Below, piece after piece: positions 47,541 through 55,203 of a DNA stretch of 64,000 nucleotides. The number at the start of each line of letters is the position of its first letter. The stretch's first letter is position 1. Source of the stretch: Verrucomicrobiota bacterium (lineage in GTDB: Bacteria; Verrucomicrobiota; Verrucomicrobiia; Limisphaerales; SXTU01); the NCBI GenBank assembly GCA_016235545.1, contig JACRKB010000189.1:1863-65862 (forward strand), in the 5' to 3' direction. The notes under the pieces were generated by a model. The model saw only the letters and a program-made list of their open reading frames with translations, was not told the DNA's origin and did no database searches. The translations under genes were made by a program, and so were the position numbers.

Positions 47541-48818
47541 ATGAAACATATCATCCGTCTCACCGTCACCCTGCTCGCAGCACAGGCGCTTCTTCACGCA
47601 GAGACCAAGCCGGCCACGCTCACCGTCACCGCCGACCACCCCGATGCCGTTTACAAGAAGGGAGAAACTGTCACGTTTACGATCAACATCGCGCAGCCCA
47701 GCGACGCGCAGGTGAGCTGGACGCTCTCCAAGGATGGCGTGCCACCGACTTCTTCGGGCAAGGCCACGCTCCTCGGCGGCACTGCTACCGTCACTGGCAG
47801 GCTTGATGAACCCGGCTTTCTCTTGTGCCGCGTCAGCTACATAAATGCCGACAAATCGAGCACCGTCGCGCTCGCGAGTGCCGCGATTGATCCGTTGCAG
47901 ATCAAGCCCAGCATGGCCCCGCCCGCTGACTTCGATTCCTATTGGGCCGGCGAAAAAGCGAAACTCGCGCGCGTGCCGATGAATCCGAGGCTCACGCCAC
48001 AAAACTCGGCGTCGAAGGGCGTCGAGGCGTTCGATCTGCAAGCCGATTCGCTTGGCAAGCCGGTGTCGGGCTACTTCGCGCGGCCCTTCGGCGCGAAGTC
48101 GAAGAGCCTGCCGATCATCCTCACCGTTCATGGAGCTGGCGTCGTAAGCTCTGGCCTCGCCGGGGCCACTGGCTGGGCGGAGAGGGGCTTTCTTGCGTTG
48201 GACATGAACGCGCACGGCATTCCGAACGGTCAGCCGAAGCAATTCTACACGGACCTCGCGAGCGGATCCTTGAAGGATTACCGCACGCGAGGCCGTGATT
48301 CGCGCGACACGATTTACTTCCACGACATGTTCCTCCGGCTTGTGCGCGCGCTGGATTTCCTCACTGCGCAGCCCGAGTGGGATGGCCGCACGGTGGTCGT
48401 GCATGGCAGCAGCCAGGGGGGGTATCAATCCATCGTCGCCGCCGGACTCGATCCGCGCGTGACCTTTTTCGCAGCGGGCGTGCCCGCTGGCTGTGACCAC
48501 ACGGGCTTCAAGGCGGGTCGTGTCAACGGTTGGCCGAAATTCATCGCCACCGGCGAAACGCCAGCACCTAACATCGTCGAAGCCGTGCGCTACTATGACG
48601 CCGTGAGTTTCGCCACGCGCACCAAGGCGGCGGGCATTATCACCGTTGGATTCATCGACACGACTTGCCCGCCGTCAGGCATCTACGCGGCTTTCAACGC
48701 CCTTGGTGGAAAGCGCGAGATCTTCAACAGCATCCGCACCGGTCACGTCGGTGCGGCACCCACCACCGAAGCCATGCGCAACGCCATCTTCGCCCACGCT
48801 GCAGCAATGAAGCGGTAG
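47541..48818 (+). CDS. Acetyl esterase, CE7 (acetylxylan esterase/cephalosporin-C deacetylase) family, with N-terminal extra domain
   Basis: DFDSYW...L..VP and the CE7 signature nucleophile motif VVHGSSQGG. Signal peptide present. Confidence 0.75.
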   Translation: MKHIIRLTVTLLAAQALLHAETKPATLTVTADHPDAVYKKGETVTFTINIAQPSDAQVSWTLSKDGVPPTSSGKATLLGGTATVTGRLDEPGFLLCRVSYINADKSSTVALASAAIDPLQIKPSMAPPADFDSYWAGEKAKLARVPMNPRLTPQNSASKGVEAFDLQADSLGKPVSGYFARPFGAKSKSLPIILTVHGAGVVSSGLAGATGWAERGFLALDMNAHGIPNGQPKQFYTDLASGSLKDYRTRGRDSRDTIYFHDMFLRLVRALDFLTAQPEWDGRTVVVHGSSQGGYQSIVAAGLDPRVTFFAAGVPAGCDHTGFKAGRVNGWPKFIATGETPAPNIVEAVRYYDAVSFATRTKAAGIITVGFIDTTCPPSGIYAAFNALGGKREIFNSIRTGHVGAAPTTEAMRNAIFAHAAAMKR

Positions 48819-48870
48819 CCTGTCTCATGCTTTGCGAAAATCCGAACCAAGCGCCTCCAATCGACGCGTA

Positions 48871-49380
48871 ATGGCACCTGACAAGAATCCCCTGCCTTAC
48901 ACCGACACCAAGCCCGTCGGCGCTGCGGATTTTTATTTCGCCATCAACGCGACGTTTCGCTTCGTCCTGCGGAAGCTGGGTGCTGATGGTCTGCGCCGAT
49001 ACTGGACGCACATGGGCACGCACTATCATGCCCCGGTGACGGCCCGGTGGAGCGCAGGCGGTGCGTCGGCCATCGCCGCCCATTGGCGCGCGTTCTTCGC
49101 GGCGGAGCCGGGCGCGGAAGTCGAAGTCAGCGAACGCGGGGATATCGTGAGGCTTGAGGTGAAGGTCTGTCCTGCGATCAGCCATCTGCGGGCGAATCGC
49201 CGCGAGATTGTTCCGTGCTACTGCCAGCACTGCTATTTTGTCAGCGAGGCCATTGCCGCCCCCGCAGGCTTCACCGTTCGTGTCAGTGGCGGCAACGGTT
49301 CGTGTCGGCAAATCTTTCAGCGGCGCGACGCGCAGCTCCCGCCCCAAGACTTCGCGCAAATCAAGGAGGCCACATGCTAG
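48871..49380 (+). CDS. Hypothetical Cys-rich protein (paralog-like partner of 49374-49937)
   Basis: Shared layout with the next gene: Y(W/F)....H, V.V.CP....L, YC.HC and a terminal C-containing strand (GNGSCRQIF). It may have an ATC-hydrolase-like fold, but that is a low-confidence recollection. Confidence 0.45.
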   Translation: MAPDKNPLPYTDTKPVGAADFYFAINATFRFVLRKLGADGLRRYWTHMGTHYHAPVTARWSAGGASAIAAHWRAFFAAEPGAEVEVSERGDIVRLEVKVCPAISHLRANRREIVPCYCQHCYFVSEAIAAPAGFTVRVSGGNGSCRQIFQRRDAQLPPQDFAQIKEATC

Positions 49381-49937
49381 GCAGCTACGACTTCTGCGGG
49401 CACTACGAGTGGACCTTCGAGTGGCTGCGAGAGCAGGGTGGGGATCCGCTGGTGCGCGTGTATTGGGATGAGGCCATTCACCGCGACTCGCAGACGCACG
49501 CGCGCGAATTGATCGTTGCCGGCGGAATCGCCGGAATGAAAAAATACTGGGCGCACACGCTCGATCACGAGGCCGCTGGTTTTGCCATCACCCACAAGGA
49601 TGATGTCATCCGCATCGACATGCACGACTGCCCCTCGAAGGGTTTCCTCATCCGCAACGGCCTCGCGCAATATCGCGACTACTGCGACCACTGCATCGGC
49701 TGGATTGGCCCGCTGATGAAGGAGGCGGGCTTCGTCATTGATCACGCGCACAACCACTGCGGCCAGTGCTGGTGGGAAATGCGCTGCGCGGACGACTTCA
49801 CGCCTCCCAGCGCCAAGGGCGAGCTGAGCGGGCAGGGGGATGTGCGGCTGCGTTCGGACTGGAATCAGGCCGGGGAGATGGATGTCTTCCAGCGCGCCAC
49901 CGACGTTGATGACAAGACCACAGCCAGCCCCGCCTGA
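49374..49937 (+). CDS. Hypothetical Cys/His-rich protein
   Basis: AAGGAGG lies 6 nt upstream of the ATG at 49374. The start overlaps the upstream stop. MHDCPSKGF...YCDHCIGW...HAHNHCGQCWWEMRC. Confidence 0.5.
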   Translation: MLGSYDFCGHYEWTFEWLREQGGDPLVRVYWDEAIHRDSQTHARELIVAGGIAGMKKYWAHTLDHEAAGFAITHKDDVIRIDMHDCPSKGFLIRNGLAQYRDYCDHCIGWIGPLMKEAGFVIDHAHNHCGQCWWEMRCADDFTPPSAKGELSGQGDVRLRSDWNQAGEMDVFQRATDVDDKTTASPA

Positions 49938-49938
49938 C

Positions 49939-50934
49939 ATGATTCCACGACTCGTCACACATCTGCTCACCATCATTGCATTCATGAACCATGCACACGC
50001 TGCCACCTGGGAAAAACTGCCGTCGTTGCCCGAACCAAACGGCGGGTGCATGGCCGGTTGCGTTGGCGGAAAAATCATCGTCGTAGGTGGCACGAACTGG
50101 CGCGATGACATGAAGCGTTGGCTCGATACGGTGCGGGTGTTTGACCCGGCCACGAAGCAGTGGGCCATCGGACCGTCGCTGCCGCATCCTCTCGCGTATG
50201 CGGCCTTCGCGAGTGACGGAGCTAGGCTCTACATGGCGGGCGGTGCCGACGGCAAGCGGGCACGCCGCGAGGTGTATGGCCTCGACGCGAACTTGAAGCT
50301 CGTCCACATCGGGGACTTGCCGATGCCGGTGGTGTTTGCAGGCGGCGCGCTTCAAGGAGGCAGGCTGGCAGTGTTTGGTGGGACACCCGATCCCGATGAT
50401 TGGAGCAAGGTCACTGCTGATCTGCACGCTGTGAACTTGACCAATGGAATCAGCTCGCCGCGCACGCCTTTGACGGGGCTGTCGCATGGCGTCGGCATTC
50501 CCGCAGTGGCAGTGGCAGGTGGCGGGCTATACACATTCACAGGAGCCTGGCTGGATCCAGCGAGTCAGCAGGTGCGCAACGTTGCTGCCGCGTTCACATT
50601 TGACTTCGCCAGCAATTCATGGAGGCCCGTTGCGCCGTGTCCGAAACCGGCTCGTGGCGTGTCCGCCGTCGCTCTGGACGACAGTCACATTTACCTTGCG
50701 GGCGGTCACGGCACCGATGCGGAAGGGTTTCTTTCCACTGCTTTCATTTACAACGCGAGCAAGGACCGCCACACGCCAGCCTTGCCACTCCCCCTCGCCG
50801 GAATGACCTGCCTGGTGAGGTGCGGCGAGTTTGTCTATGCGCTCGGTGGCGAGGACAGGAAGAAGCACCGCAGCGATGCCTGCTTTCGGATCCGTGCTGC
50901 CGAGTTGCTCGGTGAAACTCAACCCAAACTGTGA
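49939..50934 (+). CDS. Secreted Kelch-repeat beta-propeller, N-acetylneuraminate mutarotase (NanM/YjhT)-like
   Basis: Signal peptide, then W..LP.LP....G...G..GGKIIVVGGTNW and repeated GG...(Y/F)..GG Kelch blades. The size and the sialidase context fit NanM. Confidence 0.6.
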   Translation: MIPRLVTHLLTIIAFMNHAHAATWEKLPSLPEPNGGCMAGCVGGKIIVVGGTNWRDDMKRWLDTVRVFDPATKQWAIGPSLPHPLAYAAFASDGARLYMAGGADGKRARREVYGLDANLKLVHIGDLPMPVVFAGGALQGGRLAVFGGTPDPDDWSKVTADLHAVNLTNGISSPRTPLTGLSHGVGIPAVAVAGGGLYTFTGAWLDPASQQVRNVAAAFTFDFASNSWRPVAPCPKPARGVSAVALDDSHIYLAGGHGTDAEGFLSTAFIYNASKDRHTPALPLPLAGMTCLVRCGEFVYALGGEDRKKHRSDACFRIRAAELLGETQPKL

Positions 50935-52190
50935 TGACATCCATAAAACTCATTTCCGCCATTCGCATTCTCACACTTCTGCTCACCGCCCTGCCGCTGT
51001 GCGCAGCAGAGCCGTCACCGGTGGAGTTCACCGTGAAGCTGGAGACCGTGATGAAGCATGATGACGGGAAGTTTCTCTGGTTTCATCCTCGCGCGGCCGC
51101 CATTCCTTCTCGCGCTGTGGGTGACCCGTCCGTCGTGATGACGATCCAGAAGCATCTCAAAATCTCCGACTACTACTCCGGGCTGCATTTCATGACACGG
51201 GCAGGCAGCAATGCGCCGTGGGTAGGCCCCGTGCTGCCGCCGGAACTGGACTGGCGACAGATGCCTGAAGGTGTGACCATCAGCGTGGCGGATGTCACGC
51301 CCGGCTGGCACGCGCCGACTGGCCGCCTGCTCGCCATCGGCTGCCAGGTCCGCTACAGCCCGAAGGGCAAGCAGCTTGAAGATGTCAGGCGCGCGCATCA
51401 GACAGTCTATGCGGTGTTCGATCCGAAGGGCGAACGATGGACGCCATGGCAGGTGCTCGACCTGCCGGGGGACGAGCAGTTTGATTTCGCGCGCAATGCC
51501 TGCGCGCAATGGCTTGTGAAGCCTGATGGCACGCTGCTGGTGCCGCTCTACATTGGCAAGAGCACCAAGGATCGCTTCAGCACCACGGTCGCGGAGTGCC
51601 GCTTCGATGGCACGAAACTCACCTTCGTGCGAAACGGCACTGTGCTGCGTCTCGATGTGGCTCGCGGCCTTTACGAGCCGTCGCTGACCACATTTCAAGG
51701 CCGCTACTTCCTGACGCTGCGCAACGATCTGAAAGGCTACGTGAGCGTGAGCGACGATGGCTTGCAGTTCTCTGAGGCAAAGCCGTGGCTCTTCGATGAC
51801 GGTGCGGAGCTGGGCAGCTACAACACGCAACAGCACTGGCTCGCGCACAGCGACGGCTTGTTCCTCATCTACACTCGGCGCGGCGCGAACAACGACCACA
51901 TCGTGCGGCATCGCGCGCCGCTGTTCATGGCGCAGGTCCACCCCGAGACGTTGCAGATCATGCGCCGCACGGAGAAGGTTGTTGTGCCGGAGCGCGGCGC
52001 GGAGCTGGGCAACTTTGGCGCGAGCGCGATCAGCGCGACCGAATCATGGGTCACCGTTTCCGAAGGCATGTTCATGAAGGACTCGAAGCAGCGCGGAGCC
52101 GAAGGAGCCACGTTCGTCGCGCGGATTCTCTGGGCGAGGCCGAACAAGCTCGTCATCGGCACCGGCACCCCGCCTGCGCCCGTGAAATGA
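50934..52190 (+). CDS. Secreted sialidase-superfamily-like beta-propeller, paralog of 31112-32350
   Basis: TGATG stop/start overlap with the Kelch gene. Signal peptide. Long blocks shared with 31112-32350. Confidence 0.5.
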   Translation: MTSIKLISAIRILTLLLTALPLCAAEPSPVEFTVKLETVMKHDDGKFLWFHPRAAAIPSRAVGDPSVVMTIQKHLKISDYYSGLHFMTRAGSNAPWVGPVLPPELDWRQMPEGVTISVADVTPGWHAPTGRLLAIGCQVRYSPKGKQLEDVRRAHQTVYAVFDPKGERWTPWQVLDLPGDEQFDFARNACAQWLVKPDGTLLVPLYIGKSTKDRFSTTVAECRFDGTKLTFVRNGTVLRLDVARGLYEPSLTTFQGRYFLTLRNDLKGYVSVSDDGLQFSEAKPWLFDDGAELGSYNTQQHWLAHSDGLFLIYTRRGANNDHIVRHRAPLFMAQVHPETLQIMRRTEKVVVPERGAELGNFGASAISATESWVTVSEGMFMKDSKQRGAEGATFVARILWARPNKLVIGTGTPPAPVK

Positions 52191-52199
52191 CTGATTGTC

Positions 52200-53948
52200 A
52201 TGAATCACCTCATCCTGACACTCACTTCCCTGCTGCTGGCCCCGATGGCCGCGCTGCACGCAGCGGGCTTCCCGCTCACGCTGCATCCCAAGGCGCAGAA
52301 ATTGCCGTTCACGCACCAGGGGCCGTTTGTCACCAAGGCGGGCGGTGGAGTGCTCTGTGTTGATGCGCAGAATGCGTTGAGCAGTGCAGATGAAGGCAGG
52401 ACATGGACGAGCACGCCTGTGTTCCGTGAGGCGAGCAAGTTCAACATCAGCAACGAGCGCGCCCTGCTGCGCACCCGCGACGGGGTTGTGATCGCGGCAT
52501 GGATGAATGGCGCGGAAAAGAAGACGCCGCCGGGCTGGAACTGGGGCGTGAAGGGCGTGGACTGGCAGGATTTCGTGCTGCCGACCTATGTGTGCCGCAG
52601 CCTCGATGATGGAAAAACCTGGGAGGAGCCAGTCCTTCTGGGCAGGCCGTGGTGCGGCTGCATCCACTCGATGATCGAGACGAGCAGCGGGCGCATCGTC
52701 CTCGTCGGGCAGGAGATCATTCCGCAGTGGCGTCATGCAACGGTGAACTTCGTCTCCGATGACAAGGGCAGGACATGGCAGCGCAGCAACATGCTCGACT
52801 ATGGCGTTGGCGCGCATGATCACGCGGGATCGATCGAAGGCACGGTCGTCGAGCGCAAGGACGGCTCGCTGTATCTGCTGCTGCGCACCGAGTCAGGTTT
52901 CCTATGGGAGGCGGCCTCGCGTGATGGCGGGTTGAAGTGGGCTGGTTTGCAGCAATCGCAAATCAAGTCCGTGACGTGCTGCCCGCAGATGACTCGCCTC
53001 GCGGATGGACGCATCGCGCTGCTGTGGAATCATCCGCCGCGACACAGGCCGGACAGCAGGACGAGTCGCGAGGAACTCTCCCTGGCTTTCTCATCCGATG
53101 AGTGCGCGACATGGTCAAAGCCCGTGGTTGTCGCGGCATCCTATGGAGGCGGCGCGCGTGTGTCTTACCCGTATTTGTATGAGCGCAAGCCTGGCGAGCT
53201 GTGGATTACCACAATGCAGGGCGGCCTGCGCATGAAGGTCAATGTCGCCGGCCTGGGTCAGGCCGAGATTCCCGTCTTCCAACCGCCCGCTGCCTCACTG
53301 CCCAAGGAAGGTGGCATCGTCATGTTTGGCGACTCCACGACGGCGGAGCGCCCCGGGGCCGTGGACAAGGTTTATGCCGCCCGCGTGAGCGAGATGCTTC
53401 AAAGCATTGGCTCTTCACTTTCCGTCCACAATGCCGGCACGCCGGGCAACACAACACGCGAGGCAAGGAAGCGCTTCGAACGAGATGTGCTGGCACACAA
53501 GCCTCGCGTGGTGGTCATCCAATTCGGCCTCAATGACGCCGCCGTGGACGTGTGGAAGACACCCCCGGCGTCCGCCCCCCGAGTCCCCTTGGCGGAGTAT
53601 GAGCAGAACCTGCGGTGGATGCTCGACACCCTACGCACCCAGAAAGCGAAGCCGGTGTTGATGACCACCAATCCGCTGCGCTGGACCAGCAAGCTGCGCG
53701 ACCTCTACGGCAAGCCACCCTACCGCCCCGATGATGCCGACGGTTTTGATGCGCCCGTTCTCGCGCGCTACAACGAGGCAGTGCGGCAGCTCGCGAAGGA
53801 GCTCGCAGTGCCACTTGTGGAAATTCACGACTTGTTTGCCGGCAAGAACGCCGACCAGCTCCTGCTCGACGGCATGCACCCCAACGACGCCGGCCACGAG
53901 CTGATCGCCGCGCAGCTCATGCCGGTGATTCGAGCCCAGATAAGGTGA
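52200..53948 (+). CDS. Fusion: BNR/Asp-box sialidase-superfamily propeller plus C-terminal SGNH/GDSL hydrolase (esterase) domain
   Basis: Asp-boxes SADEGRTWT, SLDDGKTWE, SDDKGRTWQ, SRDGGLKWA and SSDECATWS. These are followed by SGNH blocks: IVMFGDSTT (block I), NAGTPGNTT (II), IQFGLNDA (III) and DGMHPNDAGHE (V). Confidence 0.8.
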   Translation: MNHLILTLTSLLLAPMAALHAAGFPLTLHPKAQKLPFTHQGPFVTKAGGGVLCVDAQNALSSADEGRTWTSTPVFREASKFNISNERALLRTRDGVVIAAWMNGAEKKTPPGWNWGVKGVDWQDFVLPTYVCRSLDDGKTWEEPVLLGRPWCGCIHSMIETSSGRIVLVGQEIIPQWRHATVNFVSDDKGRTWQRSNMLDYGVGAHDHAGSIEGTVVERKDGSLYLLLRTESGFLWEAASRDGGLKWAGLQQSQIKSVTCCPQMTRLADGRIALLWNHPPRHRPDSRTSREELSLAFSSDECATWSKPVVVAASYGGGARVSYPYLYERKPGELWITTMQGGLRMKVNVAGLGQAEIPVFQPPAASLPKEGGIVMFGDSTTAERPGAVDKVYAARVSEMLQSIGSSLSVHNAGTPGNTTREARKRFERDVLAHKPRVVVIQFGLNDAAVDVWKTPPASAPRVPLAEYEQNLRWMLDTLRTQKAKPVLMTTNPLRWTSKLRDLYGKPPYRPDDADGFDAPVLARYNEAVRQLAKELAVPLVEIHDLFAGKNADQLLLDGMHPNDAGHELIAAQLMPVIRAQIR

Positions 53949-54049
53949 ATCCGTCGCCCGCGGAAATTATTCTGGCCCGCCGAATACCGATCCACCACCA
54001 TCAACCCAGTCCCGACCCGCAGTCGCCGAACTTTCCTCGACAGAATGAC

Positions 54050-54508
54050 ATGAACACGTCTCCCCCAATCTATCCGCCGCTCTCCGCCTACCTTGCCGTC
54101 CACGACGCCGCCCGGGCCATTGAGTTTTACAAGGCCGCGTTTGGCGCGACCGAGCTCTTCCGGCTCAACGACCCTGAGTCGGGCAAGATCGGCCACGCGG
54201 AACTCATGATCAACGGCGCCCTCATCATGCTTTCCGACGAATATCCCGCCATCCATAAGTCGCCGCAGACCCTCTCCGGCACGTCGGTGCGGTTCTGCCT
54301 CATGGTTGAAAATGCGGATGCTGCCGTGGACCGGGCCGTCACTGCCGGGGCGACCGTTGTCAGGCCCCCGGGCGATCAATTTTACGGCTTCCGCTGCGCA
54401 TCCGTTCGAGACCCCTTTGGCCACGAGTGGTTGCTCCAGCATCAGATCGAGAAGGTGTCGCCCGCCGAGATGCAGCGGCGTTGGGATGCGATGGCGAAAA
54501 AATGCTAA
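54050..54508 (+). CDS. VOC (glyoxalase/bleomycin-resistance, PhnB-like) family protein
   Basis: YLAVHDAARAIEFYKAAFGATELFRLNDPESGKIGHAELMINGALIMLSDEYP and FGHEWLL are typical of the PhnB-like VOC family. Confidence 0.75.
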   Translation: MNTSPPIYPPLSAYLAVHDAARAIEFYKAAFGATELFRLNDPESGKIGHAELMINGALIMLSDEYPAIHKSPQTLSGTSVRFCLMVENADAAVDRAVTAGATVVRPPGDQFYGFRCASVRDPFGHEWLLQHQIEKVSPAEMQRRWDAMAKKC

Positions 54509-54524
54509 GCCGCGATGGCGGGTG

Positions 54525-54590
54525 TTGACGCGAGTCACGCGGGCACCTTCATTCTCGCCGTTCCGCCGAACCTCATTCCGAAATGGCGTC
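54525..54590 (-). repeat. Degenerate terminal fragment of the MITE/REP-like repeat (reverse orientation)
   Basis: GCCGTTCCGCCGAACCTCATTCCGAAATG (54557-54585) matches the reverse complement of the copy A 5-prime end (GCCATTCCACCGAATCTCATTCCGAAATG) with three transitions. Confidence 0.6.
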
Positions 54591-54708
54591 GGACGAACCT
54601 GTCGCCGCAAGAGGGCGGAGCGGAAACAGGGCGCGGCATTTCAAATCGTAAGCCGGCCCGTGAGCGCTCCAGGGCTGGGTGAAGCGCGTGTCGCAGAGAA
54701 GCCACTTT

Positions 54709-55071
54709 TCACACCATCACGTCCCGCACCACGTTGCCGAACACGTCGGTCAGGCGGAAGTCACGGCCGGCGTGGCGGTAGGTGAGGCGCTCCTGGTCGA
54801 GGCCGAGGAGGTCGAAGTAAAGGCGGCGGACCAAGGTGCGGTTGTCGGCCGGCGGATTCGGCTTCAGCCCGCGCTTCTTCAACTCGGCGAAGATGAAGCG
54901 GTCAATGGGATGGCTGGACCAACTCGCGTCGGCTGGGGGGACGGCCCGAACGGGCCGATAGGCTCAGTGCTTCGCATCCGGCGGCGCGGCGAGGGAACCG
55001 GGCGGCGAGAAGAGAGTCGGCGAGGCAGCCAGCAACGCGGCGGCAGACAGCGCGTTGGGCAGCGGGAACAT
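54709..55071 (-). pseudogene. Remnant of a DUF1549 (PSCyt2-type) family gene: signal peptide, in-frame TGA, then about 84 codons of the DUF1549 N-terminus, then stop
   Basis: The reverse frame reads MFPLPNALSAAALLAASPTLFSPPGSLAAPPDAKH-TGA-AYRPV...[47 protein letters not shown]. The HPIDRFI...GL.P...AD...L.RR...DL.GL pattern is the conserved DUF1549 start. Full-length members are many hundreds of residues long. Confidence 0.6.
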
Positions 55072-55203
55072 CGTCGAGTCTCAGATGCTTCCTTGCGCGC
55101 GGAGGATTCAGGGATGTGCGGCGCGTCGATCGTTGATTTCAGCGTGCAGTGAGCAAAATGACTTTGCGCTCGTGCGCCCCGTCTTTAAGCTCCGCGCGAC
55201 CGT

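Noticed and set aside
54964-54966. In-frame TGA as selenocysteine or programmed readthrough
   Set aside because: It falls in the non-conserved linker after a signal peptide. The gene is in any case truncated to about 120 codons, no selenoprotein precedent for DUF1549 is known to me, and I did not see a SECIS-like hairpin directly downstream. A pseudogene is the simpler explanation.
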